Assembly: GCF_018977255.1 (NCBI RefSeq)
Contig: NW_024704762.1
Location: 9,176,001 to 9,240,000, forward strand
DNA from: Callorhinchus milii
Taxonomy: Eukaryota
Direction of reading: 5' to 3'
Length of the DNA stretch: 64,000 bases
Shown: in pieces, positions 1 through 12,459 of the stretch
How positions within the stretch are numbered: the stretch's first letter is position 1
Layout: each line of letters begins with the position of its first letter
The notes under the pieces: model-generated
The model's input: the letters and a program-made list of their open reading frames with translations, nothing else
The model's database searches: none
What the model was told of the DNA's origin: nothing
Made by a program: the position numbers and the translations under genes

Positions 1-964
1 GCATTGAAAAAAATCCGAAACGTTAAGAGCGTCCTTGCAATGAAGTATCATTTGATGTAATTTTTTTGGTTGGAATCCTCCACTCAATCTTTGCAGGTTT
101 GACCACGTTAAGACATGTTTTTCTCAGAAAGTTCCTCTTACTTCTTTGAGTGCTTGCAGTCTTACTTTGCATAAAAATCACCTGTTGGCTTGCTTCCACA
201 CTGTCGCCCACGGTGCCAACAAATCACACTTGTTTAACAAGATAATCGCATACTCTGAACTGTACAATCACCAGTGACATCTTTAGAATGAGGAATTCAA
301 AGGTTTTTTTTTAAAAAGTGAAATCAGCAAGAAGGATTTGCAGCGTTCTCGGATTTTGGAAAGATTGTGCAGTCCTGTGGGTATTAGTTAGCGCTCTCGT
401 GTATTAGTTAATGTTCTCGCCTCCCAAGTGAGGGGACCCGGATTTGATTCCCGGGTCGGACGAAACCTGAGGCAAGTTTCCTTACTCAACACACCCGCCT
501 CTGTTTACCTAGCAGTAAGTAGGAACCCAGTCGTTAGTCGATTGGGCGATCGTTTTTCCGGGGGTAACAAACCCTTAAAAATAAATAAATAATCTGGTCA
601 TTATTATTATAATATTTTTTATTCTACTGTAACCAAATCTTGGCCTGAAAGGTTGCACAGACAATAGCATCTGAAGTGTCCTGAGATCGTTGACTGAAGG
701 TCTCGTCTCAAGTCTACACAAAAAGGGCAGTTTTGTGGCACATCGGGGTTTACACATGATATGTTTCTTTTATTTGTCTTGTTGATTTCCTTTGGTTTGG
801 GTGAAATTCTTGTCAATAAAGAAAGCCTTCTGTGACATTTGCAGCTTGTTTCTCGTGCTTTTACCAACTGTGCTGCCAAGTCACACGGACTCGCTCACTT
901 AATGCAGTAATGGAAATATAGAAAATTACCCAAAACAAGAGAAGGCTTCATGTTTTGGGATCTT

Positions 965-1330
965 TATTAATAATAATAATCCTTACATTTGATATTGTGC
1001 CATATCACGTGGTTGAGTTGTCTCAAAGCACTTCACAGAATATACTGTAAAGCGAATTGACTATATTTTGGGGGCAACACAGCAGCCAAGTGCCCCACAA
1101 ACAGTTGTGGATTCAGTGACCAAATTATTATTAATATTTCTTTTTTTTCTTTTGAAGGGATTCTATCCCTGGAAAGCAATCCTGCAATCGACTAACATCC
1201 GGATTCCCACTTACTGTTAGGTAAACAGAGGCGTGTGTGTGGAGTAAGGAAACTTGCCTAACGTTTCGCCCTGCCCGGGAATCGAACCCGGGTTCTCTCG
1301 CTTGCTCTAACCAATACGCTACGGAACCCC
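965..1330 (-). mobile_element. tRNA-derived SINE
   Basis: tRNA-like head with A/B boxes, TGTGGG..GGCTGC core and CAAATG(C/T)AAGG(ATT)n tail; family dispersed in dozens of copies across the window. Confidence 0.85.
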
Positions 1331-1704
1331 ATTCCTAGAAGGAGCAAGGCCATTCAACCCGTCAGTCCTACTCCACCATTTAGTACAAATGTTCGTTTCA
1401 GTGTTAAATTACAATCAAAGGGGTGACAGTATCAATGTGCTAGGAGAAGGAAGCAATTATACACAGGTATTGTCAGCCCAATAAAAGCAGTCATTATATC
1501 TTTCTATGGGCGGGGCGCTATTTTATCTCTCTGATTCCCTCCCTCTCCCAAGAGAAATGTTCAAACTTGTTCTCCCAGGCCTAACTAAAAGAATCTGGCT
1601 TTAGAATAAATTGTTCATTGACATGAGTTGAACATGCCAGCGCCAAGCACAGGCTATTATTGTTGATCCCCACTAACATTGTTCAGGTCTCCCAGCTCAG
1701 GTGC

Positions 1705-2470
1705 AGTATAACATAACATAACATGGAGGAGGAGGCCATTCGGCCTTTCGAGCCTGCCCTGCCATTCAATCATGGCTGATCTTCTAATCTAACTCCAGCT
1801 GATAACCTGACCCTGCCTTACCCCCATATCCCTTCATCTCTCTCACACACCCACACACTGTCTCTCTCACACCCACACACACTATCTAATAATCTGACGC
1901 TGCCTTATCCCCATATCCCTTAATCGCTTTTGCAATAAGGAATCTATCTATCTCAGTCTTGAATATGTTCAAGGACTGAGCGCCAACAGCCCTTTGGGGT
2001 AGTGAGTTCCATACATTCACTGCCCTTTGAGTGAAGAAGTTCTTCCTCAACTCAGTGCGAAAGGGCTGCCTCTGATTTTAAGGTGGTGACCCCTGGTTTT
2101 AGTTTCTCCAATCGGGGACACAATCTCCCACTATCTACTCTATCATTGCCCTTTGATGACCTTATCTGTTTCTATAAGATCCCCTCTAATTCTTCTATAT
2201 TCCAGAGAATTATAGGCCCAAATTGGTCAGCCTATCCTCGTAACTCATCCCCTTCATCCCTGGTACTAACCGAGTAAATCTACGCTGTACCTCCTCCAAG
2301 GCAAGTACATCCTTCCTTAAGGAGACCAAAACTGCATACAGTATTCCAGGTGTGGTCTCACCAGGGCCCTATACAGTTGCAGCAACTCTTATACTCTAAT
2401 CCTTTCATAATGAATGCTAACATACCGTTCGCCTTCCTAATTGCTGCTGCACCTGAGGACTAACTTTCTG
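1705..2470 (-). mobile_element. CR1-type LINE 3' fragment
   Basis: Reverse complement closely matches 53510-54020; (ATGTT)n tail at 1708-1724; RT C-terminal remnants. Confidence 0.8.
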
Positions 2471-3676
2471 TGATTGGTTAGAGCACTTGGTTCACAAGCG
2501 AGAGGACCTTTGTTCAATTCCCAGGCAGCGCAAAATGTTGGGCTTGGAAGTGTTTCCTTACTCCAACTTCTGTTTACCCAGAAAAAAAATTTGGTCACTA
2601 AATCCACGACTGTTTGTGGGACACTGCTGTGAACAATTGGCTGCCACGTTTCGCCCACAATTTACTTTACAGCCTATTGTATGAAGTGCTTCGAGTCGTC
2701 TCAACAACCCGATAAGATGGTATATCAAATGCAAAGATTATTATCATTATGAGGTAGATCCAGAGTAAAGCTCCCTCTATGCTATCTAATTATGTTTTCT
2801 CAAAAATAGGTCTTTCCTCAATGGGTTTGCAGCATCAAAAGCAACAACTAGCATTTAACCCAGGATAATATCTTGGAGCAAAATCTGGTCTCAGCGAATT
2901 GATGTTTAAACCCCCATGGGTTGAGTGTCCCAATTTTATTTTGGGGATTTGTTGGCCAGGCCACCAGGAGAGAGAAACTCCCTCCTTTTTTGAAATAGTG
3001 ATATGGGGTCTTTAATGTCCACCTGAACAGGCAGATGGGACCTTGGTTTAATGTCTCATCCAAAGAATGGCACCTTCGACAATGCAGCACCCCCCTAGCA
3101 CTGCATTGGAGTGTCATCTGAGACTATGTAATTACAAGTTCCTTCATGGAGACTTGAACCCACAACCTTCTGGCTCGGAGGCAAGATTACTACCAATGAG
3201 CCAGTTAATCCATTTGAATGAATGGATTGACAAGTGAGCAGAATGGGTGCGGACGCAAATCTGTTTGGAATTTTCCAGTTCTACTTGAGATGTTTTCACC
3301 GTTAATTCAAACATGAAATACAGGTTTAATTCCCTTTCAAAGTGATACCGTTTTTGACTGGGTTCACGCTCTAGCAGACCATTTCATTTGTCTCTGATTC
3401 TTTTTCCCCACGTGAGTGCACAGTGTCAAGCGCTTTGAGACGTTTCAACGACGAATAAGGGGCTGTATGAAATGCAAGGATTATTATTATTATATTAATG
3501 TTAACTCCGAGTGCGACTTTACACATGGGGGAAAAAAGCACGAGGAGAAAATTCAACAGTTAAACATCTTTTATTGAACTGTCATAAGGGTCAGAACAAG
3601 AAAGAGGTATGACAGCTGCAGACATCAATGAACAACGTTTGAAACGCTACCAACAGCCATCTACAATAGAATGGCT

Positions 3677-4346
3677 TCAGCATTTTCCCTTTGGTGGTGC
3701 AGGAACCTGACATCCCATTAAATCGTAGTTTGTGAATACAGTGAAGATGGAGACCAGACTCATGAACTCTATGAATGACACCTCACCATCTTGATTATTA
3801 TCCAATTGTGTCATATATTGCTCCATTTTCTGCTGTGTGTTTTTTTCCTGTACACAAAAGACAGAGGTTAGAAAGCAGCACCAGTGCCAAATGATTATTA
3901 TCATTATTATTTTTTTGAAGGGGTTGTTACCCCTGGAAAGTGATCCACCAATCGACTAACAACCAGGTTCCTATTTGCTACTTGGTAAATAGAGACGTAT
4001 GGAGTAAGAAAACTTGGCTAACGTTTTGCCCTGCCTGGCAATCGAACCCAGGTCTTCTCGCTTGCGAGGCAAGTGTTCTAACCACTACACTACATCAAGA
4101 ACAACAACAAATTACATTTGTAAAGCGCCTTTCACGTTGGGAGGATGTTCCCAGGTGCTGGACGGTCAGGGGTATGGATCATCAGTTAATTTTTAATGCA
4201 AAACATACCTTACACTCTCCCAAAAATTCCTTGGTGATTAATTCCTTAGCTTCCGCTTTGTTCAGAGTGTAGATGCATCCTTCCTTCTTAGCATAATGCT
4301 GAAACAGATCTATGATCTTGTCCATCAGTTTGTCCAGCTGAGACAT
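3677..4346 (-). CDS. S100 family protein, gene 1 (102 aa); coding exons 4346-4209 and 3847-3677
   Basis: Exon 2 MSQLDKLMDKIIDLFQHYAKKEGCIYTLNKAEAKELITKEFLGECK (pseudo EF-hand) ends AAG/GTATG. Exon 3 starts after CAG: EKNTQQKMEQYMTQLDNNQDGEVSFIEFMSLVSIFTVFTNYDLMGCQVPAPPKGKC* with canonical EF-hand DNNQDGEVSFIE. Phase-0 intron at the typical S100 position; AATAAA at 3570-3575 (-). Confidence 0.93.
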
Positions 4347-4650
4347 TGTGGTCAGATTGCAGATTATCACTAGAGAGAGAGCGACATGGAGAAGGGGTGG
4401 GAGGTAAAAACAAAATCACTTTCAAGCTTGCAAAACAACAACAATAACAAATTACATTTGTATAGCGGCTTTCACGTCGGGAGGACGTCCCAAGGTGGTG
4501 TCTAAACAACTAAATATACAGTCAATACGTATCCTTATTAAACAGAAATTACGAATCCCTGGAAAATTGAAGCGGTCGGTTCAAAGGCATCAGCCAATTG
4601 TGAACTAAGAGTTGATCCAACGTCTAACTCATTTGCTCTCACTTACTCTT

Positions 4651-4716
4651 ACCTAACAGTACAGTGAAGTTGTTGAGCTGGTGAGTTTGAAATAGGCACT
4701 GCCTCCACCTTATATA
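4651..4716 (-). promoter_or_regulatory. TATA box and non-coding exon 1 donor of S100 gene 1
   Basis: TATATAA at 4716-4710 and AG/GTAAG donor at 4652, about 60 nt downstream; matches the short untranslated first exon of S100 genes. Confidence 0.65.
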
Positions 4717-5496
4717 CAGGAGATGGATTCAACCCCACCTACTCCTCGGGTCTCCCACCATCATTGGTCACACAGATGGGCCGATCCATTCCGCCCACCG
4801 TCCTCGCCCCACCCCCCCCCCCCCCCCCCACCCCCCGCCTTCCAATTGTACTCAAATGAGAAAAGTTTGTTAAAAAGTTTTGAAACTTTTTACTTGTTGT
4901 TATAAATAATATTAATATAAATTATATCACAGAATAAATGATATTACATTCATATAATACAGTATTGTTTATTAGATTATAGGAATATTATACCAATTAT
5001 GTTAATGAAAATGATATTAATCCAAGGCTGTTTGTGGGGACGTCGCTGTGAGCGATTGACTGCCGCGTTTCGCCCACAAAAATGTACAATCAATTCACTT
5101 TACAGTATAATCCTGAGAAGCGCTTTGAGACGTCTCGAAGACGTGATAAGGCGCTGTATCAAATGCAGAGATTATTATTATCATTATTATTAATTATGAA
5201 CGAGCAAAGCAACATCTCTGTAAAATATATTGAAAAATAAATTTTTTTGGGGGGAAACGTTTTCTCTTCAAGAACGGTGGGGGGTGGGGGGGGGGGCGAA
5301 ACCTTCCCATTTTTAACTCCAATTCTGAGTTTTCTACCCGGGTGGCTTGGAGGGGAGCGGCTAGTGGGAGAGGGGGTGGTCTTCCATAAATGGGCGTGCC
5401 TTTGGGGCTCAGACCCCGCCCCACTTTACGTAAAGGACCAATGGGGGTTGGGTAATATTTGTGGGCGGAGAATGGGTGGACCCCAACCCTCAGCTG

Positions 5497-5562
5497 TATA
5501 AAGGGGCACAAAACAGATGACTTTTACTGAGCAGCTGAACATCTTCATTGCATTTTCAAGGT
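5497..5562 (+). promoter_or_regulatory. TATA box and non-coding exon 1 donor of S100 gene 2
   Basis: TATAAA at 5497-5502 preceded by CCAAT and GGGCGG motifs; AAG/GT candidate donor at 5561. Confidence 0.55.
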
Positions 5563-6163
5563 GGTGATGAGTTGATCCTTCTCTTCTGTAACAGCGTCAG
5601 ATACTGTCTGAGATAAACGTAAATATAGATATATGTACGATCAACATATATATATATATATTGTTTTTTTTGGATAAATGATGAGTTGATTCTCTTTTTT
5701 CAAAGATTTTTTTTAACCAATACCACATATGTTTTCTTTGTTTTAAAAAAAAAGTCTTTTTTTTTATACGTATTCGATTCAATCATTTTTCTTAAAAAAA
5801 ATTTCACTTTTCTTTCATTTTTATTCTTTTTAAAAAAGTGTGGGGAGGAGGAGGAGAAATGTGTCTTAATCCTAATTTTTTTTTAAATGTAAAGTTTTAC
5901 GGTTCAGTGACTCATTTCCGTCCCCTTCGCCAATCTTTTTTTGTGGACTTGGATTGGCTTCAATTAAATCACCGTTGGTTTGAAATTTTTTTTTTTTAAA
6001 AAAATCATTTTTTTGTAAGTTCTGAGAATTCTTGGCTTTTGATTTTTATCTTTTTCTGCCGACCGCCTTTGGTGGACATTTTATTTTGAAAGTGTTATTT
6101 TATTTCTCCCTTTCTCCCCCTCTCTAGCTGACCCCAGTCACTTCTGCACTTATCATCACCGAA

Positions 6164-6909
6164 ATGTCTTTTGCTGAGCATTCTGAACTCCAAAAGCTGA
6201 TGAAGGGTATCGTTGATATTTTTCGTAACTATGCTGGCTGCAAAAACACTCTGACCAATTCAGAAGCTAAAGAACTGCTCGAAAAGGAATTGTTTGCCAA
6301 TGTTCAGGTAATTTTGTTTTTACAAACAGCTACGTTAGATACTAGTATGTAGCACTTGCCTCGCAAGCGAGAGGACCCAGGTTCGATTCCGGGCAGGACG
6401 AAACATTGCAGAACTTTCCACACGACTCTTGTCATCCAGCAGTAAGTTGGAACCCAGTTCTTACTCGATTGGCAGATCGCTTTTCCGGAGGTAATAATCT
6501 GTCCAAATCAATCCACTGAGTGTCGGTCACTGTTGTGTGTAGTTGGCTGCCGTGTTTTGCCCAAGAACTATCGTGTCCATTCACTTTGGCCTGAGACTGA
6601 GGATTTCTTTTTTTAGTTCACACATTTTTAGTTCACGCTTTGTGACATCTCAAAGACATGATAAGGCACTATATCAAATGCAAGGATTGTTGTCACATGT
6701 GCAGCAGAAATAGTGTGACTTTCTTGTACTCTATGTTTCAGGCACCAGATCACTTGGAAAAGATGAAATCACACATGAAAATATTGGACACAAATCAGGA
6801 TGGAATCATCACTTTTGTGGAGTTTATAAACCTGTTAACCGTCCTCATGGTATTGAAGAGCAGCAAATTGCAGGGGTGTCCCATCCCAACTAAACAGAAA
6901 TGTAAGTGA
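6164..6909 (+). CDS. S100 family protein, gene 2 (103 aa); coding exons 6164-6307 and 6742-6909
   Basis: MSFAEHSELQKLMKGIVDIFRNYAGCKNTLTNSEAKELLEKELFANVQ/GTAAT ... TTTCAG/APDHLEKMKSHMKILDTNQDGIITFVEFINLLTVLMVLKSSKLQGCPIPTKQKCK*; canonical EF-hand DTNQDGIITFVE; AATAAA at 6992-6997. Confidence 0.92.
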
Positions 6910-7289
6910 TCCATTGTACTCTGCTTCGGTAGCTCATCAAACATGGTTCACCTGTTACTGTATTGCTTTGTTTGACCTAATTGGACAGTTCAATAAAAAT
7001 TATTCAATGATGAATAGCCTCTTCGGGTTTTTTGGGGGGCGGGGGGGAAGGTAAATTGGAGCATTGAGCTCCCCGTTCAATCACATGGCGACTCATAGCT
7101 TTGTGATTGCAGTTATAACACCTAAATTTCATTCTCCCCCCTTCATTTGTCCGAATCCCTTCCTGATCCCCTTAGATCAAGATTGGCAGTTGGCAGATCG
7201 CTTTTCCGAGGGTAATAATTCCTTCAAAAAAATAATCTGAGGACGCAGCAGAACTCAAGTCCTAACATAACATGGGATGTCAACTCATA

Positions 7290-8537
7290 ACTGTCCTCCT
7301 TGTCCTCTCTGCCGCCTTCGACACTGTCAACCATTCCATCCTCATACACCGCCTCTCCGCTTTACTCAATCTTCATGGATCTGCCCTTGCCTGGTTCGAT
7401 TCCTATCTCTCTCACTATCTCCACTTCATTGCCTCTAACGGTTTCTCCTCCAGCCCCCGCACTGTCATGTCTGGCGTCCCCCAGGGCTCTGTCCTTGTCT
7501 CCTCTTTGATATCTACATGCTCCATCTTGGTGACATCATCCGTAGACATGGGGTCAACTTCCAAGTGTATGTGGATGACACCCAATTCTATCTTTCTGCC
7601 TCCACCGTCAACTCCAGGACCACTGCTGTCCTGACAGACTGCCTGTCAGGCATCAAGTCCGGGATGAGGGCAAACTTCCTACAGTTGAATGTGAACAAGA
7701 CTGAGGCCCTCCTGATTGGCTCACGCCAGCGCCTCTGCACCTCAGGCTCTGGCAACATCAACCTCCATGGTTGCACACTACAACTCACCAAGCCAGTCAG
7801 GAACCTTGGGGTCTTGTTCGACCCTCAACTGTCTTTTTTCCCCCACATCCAAGCCATGACCCGCTCTGCCTTCCCTCACCTCCATAACATTGCCCGACTC
7901 CGCCATTACCTCACTCTCAGGCACTGAAACTCTTGTTCATGCCTTCAACACCTCCAGGCTCGACTATGCAAATGCCCTGGGTGTCGGCCTTCCCAACTCC
8001 TCCCTCCACAGGCTGCAGATAATCCAGAACTCTGCCGCCCATGTCCTCTCCTGCACCAAACTGCGTGATCCCATCTCCCCAACTCTCGCCCAACTTCACT
8101 GGCTCCCTATGCTTCAGAGGATCCAGTTCAAGATCCTGGTCCTCACCTACAAAGCCCTCCATGGTCTCGCCCCATCTCTGCGACCTCCTAACCCCCTACC
8201 AACCTGCCTGTTCCCTCCCCTCAGCCGGCTCTGGCTGATCCACGTCCCCTGCCCCACCTGCCCCACCATTGGGGGGAGAGCCTTCAGCCACTCTGCCCCC
8301 AACCTCTGGAATTCTATCCCCCAATCACTCCGCCTCGCCCCCTCCTTAATCTCCTTCAAGTACCACCTCAAGACCCTCCTCTTCGACCATGCCATTGGCC
8401 ACCGCCCTTCCCCTTCTCTCCCGACCCCCCCCAACCCCAGCTCGGGTCTGAAATGCTGCACTCTGTCCAGCACCTTGGGACGTCCTCCCGATGTGAAAGG
8501 CGCTATACAAATGTAATCTTGTTGTTGTTGTTGTTGT
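7290..8537 (+). mobile_element. L2/CR1-clade LINE, 5'-truncated
   Basis: RT motifs [33 protein letters not shown] and LHWLP with frameshifts; 3' end GTGAAAGGCGCTATACAAATG followed by (TTG)n. Confidence 0.92.
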
Positions 8538-9052
8538 TTCTGACCCTGAACGAGGCTGACACCAACTGCTGATATTTGGAATGGTCCTACTTTAAACCGT
8601 GAAACATTTCCTTGCTCGCTTGTTCCCTCTACCGTTCTCCAGGTGAAAGGCAATATCTGCTTTCCTTCCGGCACAGACACGGGTTTGGAAACTTCCAACT
8701 GGCGAACCTATCACAGAAGTGGGAGTCATCTCACTCAGCTTTTGTTAACCCTGCAACCCAAAGCCCTAATCAGAAGGGTGGTCCTAACTGGGAAAGCAGC
8801 GGGAAAGCTTGCCACACAGCGATATCAACGGCAAGCTATGTGGTCTTAATTGATTAGACGCCAACAGTTACCCCAGCGCACACTCTGGGCTCTCCCCAAG
8901 CCTTGCCTCTTGCCAACCTAATACTTTCTGGAATTAGGTAAGCAGGACGGGTCACTCCAGGGAGAGAGAGCGCATTCCATTCAAACAATCTATTTTGAGG
9001 ATTTCCATGTGTAGGTGGGATGCAGGGAATTCTCAGTTTGGTTTGGATACCG

Positions 9053-9352
9053 TGGATAGAACACTCGCCTCGCAAGGGAGAGATCCGGGTTCGATTCCCG
9101 GCAGGGCAAAACCTTGGCCAAGTTTCCTTGCTCCACACCCCTGGTAATACCTCTCAAGAGAGAAAAAAACAATAATAGAATTGTCCCTTCAATCCACGAC
9201 TGTTTGTGGGGACGTTGTTGTGTGCAATTGGCTGTCGTGTTTCGCCCACAAAATACACAGTCAAATTCACTTTACAGTATATTCTGTGAAGCGCTTTAAG
9301 ACGTCTCAAAGACATGAAAAACGCTATATAAAATGCAAGGATTATTATTATT
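9053..9352 (+). mobile_element. tRNA-derived SINE
   Basis: GGTTCGATTCCC B box, family core and (ATT)n tail. Confidence 0.85.
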
Positions 9353-9833
9353 ATACTTTTAAGCGATGGGTTTCCACATGTGTCAGACACCTGGCTAACC
9401 CCAAAAAATGACTACAGATTATTACAGTCTACAGGATTCTGTCAACAAAAGACTAGAGTTCAGGATAAAACAGATGTTCTTTCTATCACTTGTTTCAGAA
9501 AGTGAAATAAGTGGTAGTTCAGGAAAAAAAAATCATATATGATTCCACCCGATGTAACACACGAGCTAAGAGCTGGGAGCGAGGGGAATAAAATTGAGGA
9601 TATGGTCTGCTCTGCTTGCTGGATCCTCAGATTTTAGAGCTCCCAGTCCCTTGAGTTTTCAGAAAAGAAACTACTTCTTTGACCATATCAATGATCACCA
9701 CCTTCCAACCTCACCATCTTTGTGAGGCCCACAGAGAGAAGGACGATGATTATTATTATAGATGTTACTCTATGTGAAAGGCACTATATAAAGGTAGCTT
9801 GTCCTGACCAGGTGATTCCCTCCTTCACCCTGG

Positions 9834-9962
9834 ACAGGAAGTACATTGATCACACCTCCCTCATGAACAGGAAGTCTGTCTGATCACACTTCCATGAACA
9901 GGAAGTGTGTCTGATCACACACCCCTCCCCCCATGGACATGAAGGAAGTGTGACCAGACACA
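9834..9962 (+). repeat. Degenerate ~31-40 bp tandem repeat carrying AGGAAGT motifs
   Basis: ACAGGAAGT...TGATCACAC...CATG three times plus a fourth partial unit. Confidence 0.75.
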
Positions 9963-10682
9963 GTGGACAGGATGTTGGTTCTGGGGGTAATTTTCTCCCA
10001 TTTGCTGCAGATTATTTGCCTTTATTTATTCCCATTGACAAGAAAGTCTCCGACTGTGGTCTCAGGGGGTGTCAGAGTGTAAATGGCTGGAGGAGGGGGG
10101 TGGGGGCAGTGACAGTGAGTAATTGGCCCACATTTAATGACCTGTGACCTTTTGGGGGGGCGGGGGGGGAGAGGGAGAAAGGGTTAAAGGTTTCAAAGGT
10201 TAAAACACATGGGATCTTGTGAGACATCCTCATGATGTGAAAGGTGTAAAATTGGCGTAAAAAAGGAAGTGGGTATAACAGGCAACGTGTCTGAGGATAT
10301 TTGAGATGACACATATGGGGGTGGGGGGAGTGTAGCTAATTGCAATTGTTCTTTGCAATTAGTAAAAATACTTTATAGTGCAAAATACTTTGCAGTGTAT
10401 CCTGTGAAGCGCGTTGAGATGTCTTGAAAACATGATGAAGCGGTCTATCAAATGCAAGGATTATTATTCTTATTATTATTTTCTTATTTGACTGACAGTG
10501 TAAGGAAGCACTCAATTTCCTCCTGAAATCTCCCACCGGCAAATGAAGAACAGAGATCCAGTTAATTATTGCTTATTTATTTTATTATTTAGAACCAGAT
10601 TAACAAGAGGCCTCACATGTCCATGCCATTACACAGAGACTTTGCCATACAGGGTATTCTCGCTCTCTCTTTAGCTCCGTTT

Positions 10683-11457
10683 CTATGCCTCCAAGGTTGT
10701 GTCAGATTCCAGGGCCAGTTTGGTCAGCATCGCCATGTATTCACAGAAATCCACACCGTCGTTCTTGTTGTAATTCACTTTGGAGAAGATGCTTTCGATC
10801 TGTGCTGCTGATGCACCCTTTCAAGGCAGAGCAAGAGAAGTGTTAGATGGTTTTCTCTCGCTCCTCGTGAAAGTTCTTAACCGCTCAGCACACGAACAGC
10901 TGTCTGGTTTTCCGTAGCGTAGTGGTTAGCGCTCTCGCCTCGCAAGCGAGAGGTCCTGGCTTTGATTCCCGGGGTGAAACCTTAGACAACTTTCCTTACT
11001 CCAAGCACGCCTCTGTTTACCTAATAGTAAGTAGGAACCCCGATGTTTGTCGATTGGCGGATCGCTTTTCCGAGCCTACTAATTCCTCTAAAAACAAATA
11101 ATAATTTGGTCGCTCAATTCACGACCGTTTGTGGGACGCTCACTGCTGCGTGCAACTATTATTATTTATCTGACTTTCTCTCGCGGGTTAACCGAGTAGG
11201 CATCGAACGTAGGAGGCTCCTGTTCTGTGCAACAGGCAAGCCAAGGGAATGCTCAGCTGGTGTCACAAGGGGGCACTGTCAGTGTTCCTCATTACCTTCA
11301 AAAAGTTGGGGATTTGGCTCTGGAGCAGAGCTTTGAGCTCTTTCACGTCCAGAGAGTAGCGTGTCTTTCCATCTCTGACTTCTGCTCCAGCCGCCTCCTT
11401 AAAAATGATCATCAGCTTCACGATGGAGCTTTCCACCACTGTTGGCTCGTGGGACAT
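10683..11457 (-). CDS. Divergent S100 family protein, gene 3 (98 aa); coding exons 11457-11296 and 10817-10683
   Basis: MSHEPTVVESSIVKLMIIFKEAAGAEVRDGKTRYSLDVKELKALLQSQIPNFLK/GTAAT; second exon (hand-translated, absent from the ORF track) GASAAQIESIFSKVNYNKNDGVDFCEYMAMLTKLALESDTTLEA* after a pyrimidine tract and AAG; AATAAA near 10576-10581 (-). Confidence 0.85.
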
Positions 11458-12459
11458 TGTGAGATTCCCTGAAGCAAGATTAACTGGGAGTAAAAGCAGA
11501 ATAACAGCAAAGTTAGAACATTTCTCACTCTCACTCTCTCTCTCTCTCTCCATTCGCCCCCCACCCAGCCCCCACCCGCCCCATCTCCTCACCTGTTTGT
11601 TGGCCAGCTGAGTGCCTGACACATGCGGGAACCCATCACCGTGCTTAAGAGTATCCGAACCAAACTGAGAATTCACCTACACATGAAAATCCGCACTCTC
11701 TCTCTCTCTCTGGAGGGATGCATCCTGCTTACCTAATTCCAGAGAGTATTAGGCGCAGGTTGGTAAGAGCCCAGGGCTTGGGGGGATCCCAGACTGTACA
11801 TTGGGGTAACTGCTGGAGTCTCCAATTTTCTCCTGGGATCTGGTTCAATGGTCGGCATCCTGTACCTTGCCCCAAATACCCATAAAGGTGTGACCCTTGA
11901 TGGCAAGTGTTGGCAGGTCCTTCCGCCTTGGAGGGTACTTATGGCACCCAAGCCCCCCATCCTGTCCTCTTAACGGCCAGCAGACCTGCCAACCGTGACC
12001 TACTAACTCCCTCCACTCAGCAGGTTCCAGCCTGTTCGATGTCCCCCTCCCAGCCCGCCCTACCCCACCGATGGGTGGTCGGGTCTTCAGCCTCTCTGCC
12101 CCCACCCTTTGGAACTCCATCCCACAGTCCTTCACCTCTCCCCCTCCCTCTTCAAGGCCCATCTCAAGAAGCCTGAGGTTAAGTAAATCAGCCCAGGTCA
12201 AACCTCCCCATCCTCGCGTGACTCAGCTGCCAACCAGGTAAAGTTAACCAGTTGGTAACTTAGCTGTCGGGGGGAGGGGGTGCGAGAGAAAGGCTAACCA
12301 GCCAGAGTCACTGATAACGAAAGGACTTCTCCTGAGAAACAGAAATAAGTAAATATACAGCGGAACAAAGACATATCAGAGATTTTCAACCCTGCAAAAA
12401 AAGTGGATAAAATGTACAAGTTAAGTCCATTAAAAAAAAACCTCAGCTCTTAAAAGAAA

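Noticed and set aside
5200-6100. Homopolymer-rich, compositionally odd stretch around the S100 gene 2 promoter and intron 1
   Set aside because: Looks like low-complexity or low-quality sequence; no structure I can support beyond the TATA and donor.
9784-9793. TATATAAA as the promoter of a further gene
   Set aside because: Part of the LINE/SINE 3' tail motif GTGAAAGGC.CTATATAAA; no downstream exon found.
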